Positions 11,237 through 22,043 of a DNA stretch of 64,000 nucleotides are shown here, in pieces (position 1 is the stretch's first letter; the number at the start of each line of letters is the position of its first letter). Below the pieces are notes generated by a model. It worked only from the letters and a program-made list of their open reading frames with translations. It was not told where the DNA came from and ran no database searches. The translations under genes and the position numbers were made by a program. Origin of the DNA: Bacteroidales bacterium (GTDB lineage: Bacteria; Bacteroidota; Bacteroidia; Bacteroidales; JACABE01). The stretch covers positions 27,788 to 91,787 of the forward strand of contig JBMOKG010000008.1 in NCBI GenBank assembly GCA_049315385.1. The letters run 5' to 3'.

Positions 11237-11869
11237 TTAAGCTTCGCTTTGGATTTTATTAAATTCTGCTATTGAACTTTCTAAAAACATCAAATTATTT
11301 GCATTCAAAATATCGTAAGTATTTAAATCTGTTACATTTACAACTTTCACTTGTCCCAAATTACGGGATGACAAATATACACTTTTATTTGATTCAAAAA
11401 GAATTAATAATGTTTTTTTATCAAAAATTTTCAAATTATTCAAAATTTCGATAAAACCTTTGGTTTTTGGGGTATCAAAATTAAAATCTTCAACAACTAA
11501 AATATTGTTTTCCTTAGCTTTATAAGATAATGCTGATTTTCTAGCTAATTTTTTTAATTTTTTATTTAATTTGAAACTATAATCTCTCGGACGTGGACCA
11601 AAAACTCTACCTCCTCCAACAAAAAGTGGAGAATTAATATCGCCTGCACGTGCACTTCCGGTACCTTTTTGTTTTTTAATCTTTTTGGTACTTCCTGAGA
11701 TTTCAGATCTTTCTTTTGATTTATGTGTACCCTGACGTTGATTTGCTAAATATTGTTTAACATCAAGATAGATTGCGTGATCATTTGGTTCAATACCAAA
11801 AACAGAATCATTTAACTGAACCGATCTATCGGTTTTGTTGCCGCTTGTGCTATATACTACTAACTCCAT
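11237..11869 (-). CDS. rplD: 50S ribosomal protein L4
   Basis: 210 aa with [32 protein letters not shown]. Overlaps the rplC stop by 10 nt. Confidence 0.97.
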   Translation of the reverse strand: MELVVYSTSGNKTDRSVQLNDSVFGIEPNDHAIYLDVKQYLANQRQGTHKSKERSEISGSTKKIKKQKGTGSARAGDINSPLFVGGGRVFGPRPRDYSFKLNKKLKKLARKSALSYKAKENNILVVEDFNFDTPKTKGFIEILNNLKIFDKKTLLILFESNKSVYLSSRNLGQVKVVNVTDLNTYDILNANNLMFLESSIAEFNKIQSEA

Positions 11870-12489
11870 CTTTCAATAATTAAATATGAACCTTTTGGAC
11901 CAGGAACTGATCCTTTAACTACTAGTAAATTTTTCTCCAAAACTATTTTCACAATTTGAAGATTAATCATTTTGCGACGGTTTCCACCAGTTCTGCCAGC
12001 CATACGTATGCCTTTAAAAACTCTTGATGGCCATGAAGATGCACCTACTGAACCCGGAGCTCTTAAACGGTCATGCTGACCATGGGTAGCATCACCTACA
12101 CCTTTAAATCCGTGTCTTTTTACTACACCCTGAAAACCTTTACCTTTTGTAGTTCCTACTACATCGATATATTCGCCTTCAATAAAAATATCAACTCCAA
12201 TAACATCACCAAATTGTTTTTGATGATCTACTTCAAAACGAGTAAATTCATAAACAATTTTCTTAGGTGTTGTACCTGCTTTCTTGAAGTGACCTTTTAA
12301 AGCATTGGTAGTATGCTTTTCTTTCTTTTCTCCAAAAGCTATCTGGATGGCTTCATAACCATCGATCTCTTTTGTTTTTACTTGTGTTACCACACAAGGA
12401 CCAGCTTCTATTACCGTGCATGGGATGTTTTTCCCAGAGGCATCGAATACGCTCGTCATTCCGATTTTTTTTCCAATTAATCCTGACAT
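11860..12489 (-). CDS. rplC: 50S ribosomal protein L3
   Basis: 209 aa: [12 protein letters not shown] ... [13 protein letters not shown]. Confidence 0.98.
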   Translation of the reverse strand: MSGLIGKKIGMTSVFDASGKNIPCTVIEAGPCVVTQVKTKEIDGYEAIQIAFGEKKEKHTTNALKGHFKKAGTTPKKIVYEFTRFEVDHQKQFGDVIGVDIFIEGEYIDVVGTTKGKGFQGVVKRHGFKGVGDATHGQHDRLRAPGSVGASSWPSRVFKGIRMAGRTGGNRRKMINLQIVKIVLEKNLLVVKGSVPGPKGSYLIIERWS

Positions 12490-12542
12490 TGTATTTTTTT
12501 ATTGATTCTTTCTAAATTTACAGTCTGCTACTATAAAAATAA

Positions 12543-12848
12543 TTACACTTTAATTTCCACTTCAACACCACTTGGTAACTCAAGTTTCATTAATGCATCA
12601 ATCGTTTTTGATGTTGTACTGTAAATATCCAGCAGTCTTTTATAAGAACATAACTGAAATTGTTCACGTGATTTCTTGTTTACGAATGTTGAACGTAATA
12701 CTGTATAAATCTTTTTATTAGTAGGTAATGGAATAGGACCATTGACTACAGCACCTGTTGACTTAACAGTCTTTACGATTTTTTCAGCTGATTTGTCAAC
12801 CAAATTGTAATCGTAGGATTTTAACTTTATTCTTATTCTTTGATTCAC
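12543..12848 (-). CDS. rpsJ: 30S ribosomal protein S10
   Basis: 101 aa: [21 protein letters not shown] ... GPIPLPT. Confidence 0.98.
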   Translation of the reverse strand: MNQRIRIKLKSYDYNLVDKSAEKIVKTVKSTGAVVNGPIPLPTNKKIYTVLRSTFVNKKSREQFQLCSYKRLLDIYSTTSKTIDALMKLELPSGVEVEIKV

Positions 12849-12898
12849 TTTATTTATTTATTAATTTTAAAATTAATAGATTATATTATGTTTAAAAA

Positions 12899-14992
12899 CT
12901 ATTTTCCTTTAATGTTTGAAATAACTTCTTCAACAATATTAGCAGGTGCCTGATTGAAATGCGAAAACTGCATAGTTGAAGTAGCTCTTCCTGAAGATAA
13001 TGTTCTTAATGTAGTTACATAACCAAACATATTAGATAAAGGAACATCTGCTTTTACTACCTGATAGGCAACTTTAGCTTCAATTTCTTTTAAAACACCT
13101 CTACGTTTGTTTACATCTCCGGTAACATCACCAATATAATCATCAGGAGTAACAATCTCTACCTTCATAATTGGTTCAAGTAATATTGGTTTCGCTTTTT
13201 TACAAGCTTCTTTGAAAGCAATTTTAGCAGCAATTTCAAATGATAATGCATCTGAATCTACCGCGTGGAAAGATCCATCCAATAATTTTACTTTTAAACT
13301 TTCAACAGGATAACCAGCCAATACACCGTTTTGCATAGCAGCTTTAAATCCTTTTTCAATAGGTAATATGTATTCTTTAGGAATATTACCACCTTTAACT
13401 TCATTGATAAATTGTAATCCTTTTACATCTTCATCTGCTGGTGAAATTTCAACTTCAATATCAGCAAATTTACCTTTTCCACCGGTTTGTTTCTTATAAA
13501 CCTCTCTGAATTTAACTGTTGATGTAATTGCTTCTTTATAGGCAACCTGAGGTTTACCCTGATTACACTCAACCATAAATTCGCGCTTCAAACGATCCAC
13601 CAATATTTCAAGATGTAATTCACCCATACCACTAATAATGGTTTGACCGGAATCTTCATCTGTTTTAACATTAAATGTTGGATCTTCCTCTGCTAATTTG
13701 TAAAGAGCATTAGATAATTTATCTATATCTTTTTGAGTAATCGGTTCAATCGCAATACTTATAACAGGATCAGGGAATGTTATATTTTCCAATACAATAG
13801 GAAATTTTTCATCGCATAATGTATCTCCTGTACGTATTTCTTTAAAACCAACAGCAGCACCAATATCTCCAGCTTCAATTCTTTCAAGTGGATTTTGTTT
13901 ATTGGCATGCATTTGCATGATACGTGAAATACGTTCTTTTTTGCCGGTTGTTGTATTTAATACATAAGAGCCAGCTTCAAGTGTACCTGAATAAACTCTA
14001 AAAAATGCAATTCTTCCAACATAAGGATCCGTTGCAATTTTAAAAGCTAATGCTGACATTGGTGCATTCGCTTCGTGTTCTCTTGTTTCTTCTTCTTCTG
14101 TCTTAGGATTAATACCAACTACAGCATCAATATCCATAGGACTAGGTAAAAACCTGATAACTGCGTCTAATAATTTTTGAACGCCTTTATTTTTGAATGA
14201 TGCACCACAAATTACCGGAGTAATTCTCATTTCAATAGTTGCTTTTCTAATCGCTGCGATCATTTCATCTTCTGTAAGTGAATTATGATCGTTCAAAAAT
14301 TTAGTTAAGAGAATATCATTTTCTTCAGCAACACCTTCAATCAAACGTGTTCGGTATTCGTCCACAACCTCGAGTAAATCTTCGGGAACTGGAATTTCAA
14401 CTATATCAACACCTAATGAAGTTTCATTCCAATAATATGCTTTATTGGCAATTAAATCAACAATACCTGTAAATGTATCTTCTTGTCCGATTGGAATTTG
14501 GAGAGGAATAGGATTAGCTCCTAATCTATCTTTGATTTGGTCTAAAACATTAAAAAAGTCAGCACCAGCTCTGTCCATTTTATTAACAAAACATAAACGC
14601 GGAACTTTATATTTATCAGCTTGTCTCCATACTGTTTCAGATTGAGGTTCTACACCACCAACTGCACAGAATAAAGCAACAGCACCATCGAGTACTCTTA
14701 AAGATCTTTCAACCTCAACAGTAAAATCGACGTGCCCAGGTGTATCAATAATATTTATTTTATACTGATCACTTTCATAATCCCAAAAAACAGTTGTTGC
14801 TGCAGAAGTAATGGTTATACCTCTTTCTTGTTCCTGAACCATCCAGTCCATTACTGCACCACCATCGTGGACTTCTCCGATTTTATGACTTTTACCGGTA
14901 TAATACAATATTCGCTCTGTTGTTGTGGTTTTCCCCGCATCAATATGAGCCATAATGCCAATATTTCTGGTGTATGTTAATTTCTCTGACAT
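12899..14992 (-). CDS. fusA: elongation factor G
   Basis: 697 aa with GTPase motifs [14 protein letters not shown] and NKMD. Lies directly between rpsG and rpsJ (no tuf). Confidence 0.98.
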   Translation of the reverse strand: MSEKLTYTRNIGIMAHIDAGKTTTTERILYYTGKSHKIGEVHDGGAVMDWMVQEQERGITITSAATTVFWDYESDQYKINIIDTPGHVDFTVEVERSLRVLDGAVALFCAVGGVEPQSETVWRQADKYKVPRLCFVNKMDRAGADFFNVLDQIKDRLGANPIPLQIPIGQEDTFTGIVDLIANKAYYWNETSLGVDIVEIPVPEDLLEVVDEYRTRLIEGVAEENDILLTKFLNDHNSLTEDEMIAAIRKATIEMRITPVICGASFKNKGVQKLLDAVIRFLPSPMDIDAVVGINPKTEEEETREHEANAPMSALAFKIATDPYVGRIAFFRVYSGTLEAGSYVLNTTTGKKERISRIMQMHANKQNPLERIEAGDIGAAVGFKEIRTGDTLCDEKFPIVLENITFPDPVISIAIEPITQKDIDKLSNALYKLAEEDPTFNVKTDEDSGQTIISGMGELHLEILVDRLKREFMVECNQGKPQVAYKEAITSTVKFREVYKKQTGGKGKFADIEVEISPADEDVKGLQFINEVKGGNIPKEYILPIEKGFKAAMQNGVLAGYPVESLKVKLLDGSFHAVDSDALSFEIAAKIAFKEACKKAKPILLEPIMKVEIVTPDDYIGDVTGDVNKRRGVLKEIEAKVAYQVVKADVPLSNMFGYVTTLRTLSSGRATSTMQFSHFNQAPANIVEEVISNIKGK

Positions 14993-15065
14993 TTTATTGT
15001 ATTCTTCCTGTAAAAATTATTGAATCAAAAAATAAATGAACTATAAATGGTTTCTTTATCCGGTA

Positions 15066-15533
15066 TTAAAATCTAAAATGAGAGAAAGCTTTATTAGCTT
15101 CAGCCATTCTATGTGTATCTTCTTTACGTTTAAAAGCGGCACCTTCTTCTTTAAAAGCAGACAATATTTCACCTGCTAATTTTTGGCTCATTGATTTTTC
15201 ATGTCTTTTGCGGGCATATTTCACCAACGCTTTCATACCTATAGACATTTTTCTGTCAGGTCTGATTTCTGATGGAATCTGAAAAGTTGCACCACCAATT
15301 CTACGACTGCGTACTTCTACAGCAGGAGTAACATTAGCCAATGCTTTTTTCCAAACTTCTACGCCGTCTTCTTTTGATTTATCAGCTACAATTTCCATTG
15401 CATCATAAAAAATCTCAAAAGCAGTGCTTTTCTTTCCCCTTAACATTAAATTGTTAACGAATTTAGTAACCAAAGTATCATTGAACTTTGGATCTGGTAA
15501 TATGATTCGTTTCTTGGGTTTAGCTTTCCTCAT
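15066..15533 (-). CDS. rpsG: 30S ribosomal protein S7
   Basis: 155 aa with conserved S7 core ([16 protein letters not shown]) and C-terminus NKAFSHFRF. Confidence 0.98.
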   Translation of the reverse strand: MRKAKPKKRIILPDPKFNDTLVTKFVNNLMLRGKKSTAFEIFYDAMEIVADKSKEDGVEVWKKALANVTPAVEVRSRRIGGATFQIPSEIRPDRKMSIGMKALVKYARKRHEKSMSQKLAGEILSAFKEEGAAFKRKEDTHRMAEANKAFSHFRF

Positions 15534-15565
15534 TTTATTAAAAAATTTGGTACTTTATTAATATA

Positions 15566-15952
15566 TTATTTTTTTGCTTTAACTTTTGGTTTTTTAGTAC
15601 CGTATTTTGATCTTCTCTGGTTTCTTCCTTCTACTCCTGAAGTATCCAAAGCTCCTCTAATGATATGGTATCTAACACCTGGTAAATCTTTTACTCTTCC
15701 ACCTCTGATCATTACAATGGAGTGTTCCTGCAAGTTATGACCTTCACCCGGTATATAAGCATTTACTTCTTTTCCGTTCGTTAATCTTACCCTTGCTACT
15801 TTTCGCATTGCTGAATTAGGTTTTTTAGGTGTAGTAGTATAAACTCTTACACAAACCCCTCTTCTTTGTGGACATGAATCCAAAGCAGGTGATTTACTTT
15901 TCTCTGTTAATTTACTTCGTCCTTTACGAACTAACTGTTGTATTGTAGGCAT
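15566..15952 (-). CDS. rpsL: 30S ribosomal protein S12
   Basis: 128 aa: [12 protein letters not shown] ... [16 protein letters not shown]. Confidence 0.98.
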   Translation of the reverse strand: MPTIQQLVRKGRSKLTEKSKSPALDSCPQRRGVCVRVYTTTPKKPNSAMRKVARVRLTNGKEVNAYIPGEGHNLQEHSIVMIRGGRVKDLPGVRYHIIRGALDTSGVEGRNQRRSKYGTKKPKVKAKK

Positions 15953-16008
15953 ATTACGTTGATTGTTTTAATATCAAGTTTGTTAACAACCCCAATTTTT
16001 TGGGACTG

Positions 16009-16016
16009 CAAAGGTA
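16009..16016 (-). promoter_or_regulatory. candidate Bacteroidota -7 promoter box (TACCTTTG) for the rpsL operon
   Basis: The minus strand reads TACCTTTG, matching the TAnnTTTG consensus described for Bacteroides sigma-A promoters. It sits about 57 nt upstream of the rpsL ATG. Confidence 0.4.
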
Positions 16017-16061
16017 ATACTTTATTTTAAATTAGCAAGACAGGAATTAAAAAAAAATAAG

Positions 16062-16069
16062 TATTTTTG
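16062..16069 (+). promoter_or_regulatory. candidate -7 promoter box (TATTTTTG) for the HAD hydrolase gene
   Basis: TAnnTTTG match about 50 nt upstream of the ATG at 16119, in the divergent intergenic region. Confidence 0.35.
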
Positions 16070-16118
16070 TATTTTATTTTAAAACCACTAATTCTATTAC
16101 ATAAACTCAATACATTCA

Positions 16119-16817
16119 ATGAGTAAATACAAACATGTTTTTTTTGATCTTGACCGGACATTATGGGATTTTGACAACAATTCTTTGGAAACTTTTAAAG
16201 ATTTATACAATATATATAATATAAAATCTGTTTTGAATTGCAGTTTCATTGATTTCCACAAGACATATATTAAACACAATACAAAATTATGGGATGCCTA
16301 TCGTAAAGCAGAAATAAAGAAAGAATTTTTAAGTGTTCAGCGGTTTTTATTAACACTTAATGATTTTGGAAATAATAACCTGGATATGGCATATCAGATG
16401 TCAGAAGATTATATTAAACTGAGTCCTCAGAAAAACTTATTATTCCCTGATACACATGAAGTATTGGATTACCTCCGGAATAAATATTTTTTACATATTA
16501 TCACCAATGGTTTTGTTGAAGTTCAGTTTGAAAAAATTAAAAATTCCGGTTTAGGAAAATACTTCACCCATGCAATAACCTCTGAAGAAGCCGGATTTCA
16601 AAAGCCAGACAAGCAAATTTTTGAGTTTTCATTAAGAAAAACCGGTGCAAAAGCTGAAGAAAGTATCATGATTGGTGATGATTTAAATGTTGATATACTC
16701 GGTGCTAAACAAGTTGGTATTGATCAGGTTTTTTTCAATTACAGTGGTGTTACACACAACGAAGAAATCAGCTACGAAATTAAGTCGCTATTAGAATTAA
16801 AAGAAATTTTGAATTGA
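16119..16817 (+). CDS. HAD-superfamily hydrolase, YjjG-like noncanonical nucleotidase
   Basis: HAD motif I FFDLDRTLWDF at the N-terminus, ITNG (motif II) and a late MIGDDLNVDILGA (motif IV). Confidence 0.8.
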   Translation: MSKYKHVFFDLDRTLWDFDNNSLETFKDLYNIYNIKSVLNCSFIDFHKTYIKHNTKLWDAYRKAEIKKEFLSVQRFLLTLNDFGNNNLDMAYQMSEDYIKLSPQKNLLFPDTHEVLDYLRNKYFLHIITNGFVEVQFEKIKNSGLGKYFTHAITSEEAGFQKPDKQIFEFSLRKTGAKAEESIMIGDDLNVDILGAKQVGIDQVFFNYSGVTHNEEISYEIKSLLELKEILN

Positions 16818-16969
16818 TTTTTTGAGGGAAAACTCATGAAATTAGGGAACTATTCTGATTTTAGATATGTTGAGGAGTTATAAACCAAACATCTTTCCCT
16901 CTTTAAACTTTTAAGAAAGTACTAAAAGCATACTTACCTGCACATTTTCCCAAAATCTATAACCACATC

Positions 16970-17578
16970 TTATGCAATGATTATATTTGTTTTATTCAAT
17001 TCTTTAACAATTTCAATCATTGCTATAGTATCTTCATAGTTAACGGGCCTCAAATTCATCACTAAGCAACAATTGTCTCTTATTTCTATTATGGTTTCAG
17101 TTGTGTTTTCAAGCAAACCTGTTAATTTCTCATTTAAAAGAGGACCAATTCTTGTTTTATCATTTGTTTCAAGAATGAATTTTTTATGAAAGTTTGGTCT
17201 GCCATTTAATTTGTAGTCATAATGTAGAAAAACATTTATTAATTTGTCAACCATTTCCTTTGGTCTGATAATCGTGTCTGGAAAATCAAAATTAAATTCA
17301 AGAAAGCAAATAAAATATTTAGAAGTTCTTGTATTGATTATTCTTTCAAGCTCAGGTTTAGTTATCATCAAACGGTAAGAATTATATAGAGAAATTAAGT
17401 ACATAGAATCTTCTTCGTTGTTACCTATTTTCCATTGATAATTAATTTTAAAATTATCACCAACTGTCAACGAAGCAAAATTCTTAAAGTCAATTTTCCT
17501 TGTCCTATCTGGAATGAGTTTGTAATTTGACTTAAGTTTCTGAATAATATTCTTAAATATTGTTTCTTCTTCTATCAT
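16970..17578 (-). CDS. hypothetical protein
   Basis: 202-aa ORF with an ATG start and no recognisable motif. Lies 31 nt downstream of the 64-aa ORF on the same strand. Confidence 0.6.
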   Translation of the reverse strand: MIEEETIFKNIIQKLKSNYKLIPDRTRKIDFKNFASLTVGDNFKINYQWKIGNNEEDSMYLISLYNSYRLMITKPELERIINTRTSKYFICFLEFNFDFPDTIIRPKEMVDKLINVFLHYDYKLNGRPNFHKKFILETNDKTRIGPLLNEKLTGLLENTTETIIEIRDNCCLVMNLRPVNYEDTIAMIEIVKELNKTNIIIA

Positions 17579-17609
17579 TTAAGTTGGTAGATTTAAATTG
17601 TTGTATGTT

Positions 17610-17804
17610 TTATCTATGGTTTACAAATCCGTCTAATCCAACACCTGGACCAAAATCTTTATGTGATTTCCAGATTGATAATGCATTAAATTCTTTTTTA
17701 ATCCTATCTGCATTACTCTGTCTAAGAATTAATAATTTATTTTCAGAATCATATACTTCAAACTCGGATGCAAACTTTTCTAGTATATCATGATATTTTA
17801 CCAT
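17610..17804 (-). CDS. hypothetical small protein
   Basis: 64-aa ORF with an ATG start 6 nt after the VOC gene stop. No motif recognised. Confidence 0.45.
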   Translation of the reverse strand: MVKYHDILEKFASEFEVYDSENKLLILRQSNADRIKKEFNALSIWKSHKDFGPGVGLDGFVNHR

Positions 17805-17810
17805 TGCACT

Positions 17811-18218
17811 TTAGGTTTCCTTCTTAATTTTCTCTGCAAATGCAATAACATGTCCGTCTGGATCAGAAAAGTAGCAAACCTTGTCTCCCCAATCTCTGTC
17901 AATAATTGGGCTTATTAATCTTGCCCCATATTTAGTTGCATTATCATATTCAAATTGAATATTGTCAACATAAAAATACAACTCACACCTTGGAATACCA
18001 CTTCCGCTGTCAGGATGTGGTGTTTTGTCTGCTAGTATTTTTGCTATGCCTTTGTTTGGCATTAGCCCGACTTTGCAATTGTCTGACAAGTTAAATTCTG
18101 TCATACCAGGAACATTTAGGTCTGCCTGCTTACGAAATATATTTTGATAAAACTTGCAACTTGTCTCTTGGTCGTTGACGTAAAGAATTGTCTCTATGAG
18201 TTTTATATGCTTTATCAT
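17811..18218 (-). CDS. VOC (glyoxalase/bleomycin-resistance) family protein
   Basis: 135 aa. Its size and the C-terminal FSDPDGHVIAF beta-strand motif are typical of the VOC fold. Confidence 0.7.
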   Translation of the reverse strand: MIKHIKLIETILYVNDQETSCKFYQNIFRKQADLNVPGMTEFNLSDNCKVGLMPNKGIAKILADKTPHPDSGSGIPRCELYFYVDNIQFEYDNATKYGARLISPIIDRDWGDKVCYFSDPDGHVIAFAEKIKKET

Positions 18219-18651
18219 TTATCTATGTGTTATTTAGCTGTCAGCAGTTGTTTCATTTTTATTGTTGTCCAGTCCGCAGCTAAGGAATTGAAAAAATGTC
18301 AACACGAAAAAAATTCGTTTTAAAAGCAAATATACTATGTCTATTATTCTGTCCTACCATTGGTGGTAACTTTATTATAACCTTCCAGAAGAGAAGGAAA
18401 GTCTCCAAAATAAATAGGTGGCTTAGCTTACCTTTTACTAATGAATATTTTCAACAATTATATCATCTTTTTCTAACAAATTGGCAAAAGCTGATTTTAT
18501 TTTTTGCTACGGTCTAAGTTTCTTTAGATTTTTATTTCCAATTAAGGTTTTCATTTGTGCATTAGTAATTTTATTTAGCTGTTTCATCAGCAAGCCAGCA
18601 TTCATCCATTATTTTCCAAATTATGAAATAGTTTCCCAGAATTCTCGATCA

Positions 18652-19452
18652 CTACATCCCATCTCCATCTAATAAATTACCTATGCCACCTAAAATACTG
18701 CCTTCTTCCTTACGCCCACCAACACCACTGCCATAAGACAAAATACGCGAAGCTAACCTTGAAATGGGTAAAGTTTGTAACCAAACATCGCCTGGGCCTC
18801 TTAAAGTAGCAAAGAAAAAGCCTTCACCACCAAATAATGTATTTTTTATGCCGCCAACAAACTGTATATCAAAATCAATATTTTGGGTATATGCTACGAT
18901 ACATCCGGTATCTACACGAAGAATTTGTCCGGCATTCAGGCTGCGTTTGATAATATGTCCGCCTGCATGGCAAAAACACATACCGTCACCTTCTAATTTC
19001 TGCATAATAAAACCTTCGCCACCAAACAAACCCGTACCTAATTTCTTTTGAAATTCAATACCTATACTTACCCCTTTTGCAGCACATAAAAAAGAATCCT
19101 TCTGGCATATAATTTTTCCGTTATAATCCAATAAATCGAGCGGAATTATTTTACCCGGATAGGGCGAAGCAAAAGCTACCTTTGCCTTACCAAATCCATG
19201 ATTTGTATATGCAGTCATAAACAAACCAGCACCCGTAAGCAATCTCTTGCCAGCACTGAATAATTTATCCATTAAGCTACTGCCTTGCCGGCTCCCATCT
19301 CCAAAAATGGTTTCCATCTGAATACCATCATCCATATACATAAAAGATCCAGCTTCGGCAATGGTTGTTTCCTGTGGATCTAATTCAATTTCTACCAGTT
19401 GCATTTCTTCTCCAATAATCTGAAAATCTATTTCGTGATTTGTTCTCATCAT
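18652..19452 (-). CDS. TIGR00266/AIM24 family protein
   Basis: 266 aa with repeated GGEGF motifs (LFGGEGFIMQKLEG, LFGGEGFFFATLRGPG) characteristic of the AIM24/DUF124 fold. Confidence 0.8.
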   Translation of the reverse strand: MMRTNHEIDFQIIGEEMQLVEIELDPQETTIAEAGSFMYMDDGIQMETIFGDGSRQGSSLMDKLFSAGKRLLTGAGLFMTAYTNHGFGKAKVAFASPYPGKIIPLDLLDYNGKIICQKDSFLCAAKGVSIGIEFQKKLGTGLFGGEGFIMQKLEGDGMCFCHAGGHIIKRSLNAGQILRVDTGCIVAYTQNIDFDIQFVGGIKNTLFGGEGFFFATLRGPGDVWLQTLPISRLASRILSYGSGVGGRKEEGSILGGIGNLLDGDGM

Positions 19453-19628
19453 ATTTTTTAATTATTAATTGATACCATTTCCTATAAATCACCAACAAAA
19501 ATAAAGAATTTTCAAATAGTAGCTTTTTTTATTGTCTATTTTTCCATCTTTGTAGAAATTTTAAATTAAAAATATTTTTCAGTTTCATGTTTTTTTCATA
19601 TTATTGCTTAATTTTTCTATTATCTTTA

Positions 19629-19699
19629 CAGAAAAAAAGTATTCATTAAAAAACCATTCTTAACAGAAAAAAAAGTATTCATTAAAAAACCATTCTTAG
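19629..19699 (+). repeat. tandem 35/36-bp duplication immediately upstream of ugd
   Basis: cagaaaaaaagtattcattaaaaaaccattcttaa is followed by cagaaaaaaaagtattcattaaaaaaccattcttag. The copies differ by one A in the poly-A run and by the final base. The repeat ends 3 nt before the ugd ATG. Confidence 0.9.
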
Positions 19700-19702
19700 C
19701 GT

Positions 19703-21028
19703 ATGAAAATTACAATTGTTGGAACAGGTTATGTCGGTTTGGTTACCGGTACCTGTTTTGCCGAAGTAGGCATTGATGTAACTTGTGTTGATATTGATAA
19801 ACTTAAAATTGAAAATCTGCAAAAGGGTATTTCACCTATTTTTGAACCTGGATTAGATCCAATGATAGAAAGAAATGTTAGTAAAGGCAGATTACATTTC
19901 ACAACTGATCTGGCATCTTGTATAGATGGTACTGATGTAATTTTCAGTGCTGTTGGAACTCCACCAGATGAAGATGGTAGTGCTGATTTGCAATATGTAT
20001 TGGATGTAGCCAGAACTGTTGGTAAAAACATGAACAATTATATATTAATTGTTACCAAAAGTACAGTTCCTGTTGGAACTGCCAAAAAAGTAAGAAATGC
20101 TATCCAGGAAGAATTGGACAAAAGAGGACTGAATATCGAATTTGATGTTGCTTCAAATCCTGAATTCCTTAAAGAAGGTGATGCTATTAGCGATTTTCTA
20201 AAACCAGACAGAATCGTAGTTGGGGTTGAATCTGAAAAAGCAGAAACACTTATCAAAAGTCTTTATAAACCATTCACTTTAAACGGTCATCCTATAATAA
20301 TAATGGATGTACCTTCTGCTGAAATGACCAAATATGCAGCTAACTCTATGTTAGCTACAAAAATTAGTTTTATGAATGATATCGCTAATTTATGCGAAAT
20401 TATGGGAGCTGATGTTAATATGGTTCGTAAAGGTATAGGAAGTGATTCCAGAATTGGCACCAAATTTATTTATCCTGGTATTGGTTATGGTGGCTCCTGT
20501 TTCCCGAAAGATGTGAAAGCTTTAATTAAAACCGCAGATCAGAATGGCTATAGTATGCGTGTATTGAAAGCTGTTGAATTTGTAAATGATGATCAGAAAT
20601 CTGTACTTTTCAATAAATTAAATACATATTATAATGGTGATTTAAAAGGCCGTACTATTGCAATGTGGGGATTATCTTTCAAACCTCAAACTGATGATAT
20701 GCGCGAAGCACCATCTTTAGTTTTAATAAAAAAATTATTAGACGCCGGTTGCAAAGTTAAAGCTTATGATCCTGTTGCTATGCATGAAGCACAAAGAAAA
20801 CTTGGCGATACAATTGAATATTCAAAAGATACTTATGATACATTAGTTGATGCTGATGCAATGATGTTGGTTACAGAATGGACAGAATTCCGTTTCCCTA
20901 ACTGGAAAGTAGTAAAAAAATTAATGAAAAACCATGTTATCTTTGATGGAAGAAACATATTCGACTCTAAAGAAATGGAAGAAAACGGTTTTGAATATTA
21001 TTGCTTAGGTATAAGAAACACTAAATAA
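19703..21028 (+). CDS. ugd: UDP-glucose 6-dehydrogenase
   Basis: 441 aa with an N-terminal Rossmann motif GTGYVGLVTG and the catalytic-Cys motif GGSCFPKD. Confidence 0.95.
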   Translation: MKITIVGTGYVGLVTGTCFAEVGIDVTCVDIDKLKIENLQKGISPIFEPGLDPMIERNVSKGRLHFTTDLASCIDGTDVIFSAVGTPPDEDGSADLQYVLDVARTVGKNMNNYILIVTKSTVPVGTAKKVRNAIQEELDKRGLNIEFDVASNPEFLKEGDAISDFLKPDRIVVGVESEKAETLIKSLYKPFTLNGHPIIIMDVPSAEMTKYAANSMLATKISFMNDIANLCEIMGADVNMVRKGIGSDSRIGTKFIYPGIGYGGSCFPKDVKALIKTADQNGYSMRVLKAVEFVNDDQKSVLFNKLNTYYNGDLKGRTIAMWGLSFKPQTDDMREAPSLVLIKKLLDAGCKVKAYDPVAMHEAQRKLGDTIEYSKDTYDTLVDADAMMLVTEWTEFRFPNWKVVKKLMKNHVIFDGRNIFDSKEMEENGFEYYCLGIRNTK

Positions 21029-21045
21029 TTATAATTAAATTTTAT

Positions 21046-21084
21046 AAAACCTAATCCAAATCAACGGATTAGGTTTTTATATTT
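21046..21084 (+). terminator. rho-independent terminator-like hairpin after ugd
   Basis: Perfect 12-bp stem AAAACCTAATCC / GGATTAGGTTTT with an 8-nt loop, followed by TATATTT. Confidence 0.6.
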
Positions 21085-21097
21085 AAAAAAAAATTCG

Positions 21098-22036
21098 ATG
21101 AGAAAAAAAATATTAGTTACAGGCGGTGCAGGATTTCTAGGCTCACATCTTTGCGAAAGACTACTTAATGATGGAAATGAAGTAGTATGTCTGGATAATT
21201 ATTTCACCGGGCAAAAACAAAATGTTGTTCATCTATTAAACCACCCATACTTCGAATTAATCCGTCATGATGTTACCATGCCCTTTTTTATTGAAGTGGA
21301 TGAAATCTACAATCTGGCATGTCCAGCCTCTCCTATCCACTATCAGTACAACGCAATAAAAACTGTTAAGACTTCGGTAATGGGAGCCATTAATATGCTG
21401 GGACTTGCAAAAAGAATAAGGGCTAAAATTTTACAAGCATCAACCAGTGAAGTATATGGAGACCCGGAAGTCCATCCACAGGTGGAATCATATTGGGGCC
21501 ATGTAAATCCAATCGGAATAAGAGCTTGTTATGACGAAGGAAAGCGATGTGCTGAAACATTATTTGTAAACTATCATCGACAAAATAATGTCAACATTAA
21601 AATCATTCGTATTTTTAATACCTATGGTCCAAGAATGCATCCACATGATGGTAGGGTTGTATCAAATTTTATTGTTCAGGCATTACAAAATCAAGATATC
21701 ACTATTTTTGGAGATGGAACTCAAACACGTAGCTTTCAATATGTTGACGATCTTATTAATGGAATGATTAAAATGATGGCAACAGGAAATGATTTTACAG
21801 GTCCTGTAAACATTGGAAATCCGAATGAATTTACTATGCTTGAACTTGCAGAAAAAGTTATCAGACTTACAGGTTGTAAATCAAAAATCATCTTTGAACC
21901 ACTTCCTGCCGACGATCCAATGCAACGTCAACCCAATATATCATTAGCCAAAGAAAAACTAAACTGGGAACCAAAGATAGAACTGGAAGAAGGCTTAACT
22001 AAAACGATAGCATATTTTCGAACTATTGTAAAATAA
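21098..22036 (+). CDS. UDP-glucuronate decarboxylase (UDP-xylose synthase)
   Basis: 312-aa extended SDR with [16 protein letters not shown] (the YxxxK site) and high overall resemblance to the UXS family. Confidence 0.9.
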   Translation: MRKKILVTGGAGFLGSHLCERLLNDGNEVVCLDNYFTGQKQNVVHLLNHPYFELIRHDVTMPFFIEVDEIYNLACPASPIHYQYNAIKTVKTSVMGAINMLGLAKRIRAKILQASTSEVYGDPEVHPQVESYWGHVNPIGIRACYDEGKRCAETLFVNYHRQNNVNIKIIRIFNTYGPRMHPHDGRVVSNFIVQALQNQDITIFGDGTQTRSFQYVDDLINGMIKMMATGNDFTGPVNIGNPNEFTMLELAEKVIRLTGCKSKIIFEPLPADDPMQRQPNISLAKEKLNWEPKIELEEGLTKTIAYFRTIVK

Positions 22037-22043
22037 AATAATT

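Noticed and set aside
6284-14980. Plus-strand ORFs in the track (6284-6466, 7012-7233, 7335-7586, 8791-9054, 9524-9838, 11272-11454, 12073-12300, 14445-14645, 14732-14980).
   Set aside because: All lie fully antisense to highly conserved ribosomal-protein or EF-G genes and have low-complexity, hydrophobic or Cys-rich translations. They are the mirror-frame ORFs expected in AT-rich DNA.
16097-16279. 60-aa minus-strand ORF overlapping the start of the HAD hydrolase gene.
   Set aside because: It overlaps a well-supported CDS on the opposite strand, and no motif was recognised.
18296-18672. Two overlapping plus-strand ORFs (73 and 63 aa) in the VOC/AIM24 spacer.
   Set aside because: Low-complexity Phe/Leu/Ile-rich translations, one running into the AIM24 gene on the opposite strand. 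Nothing supports them as genes.
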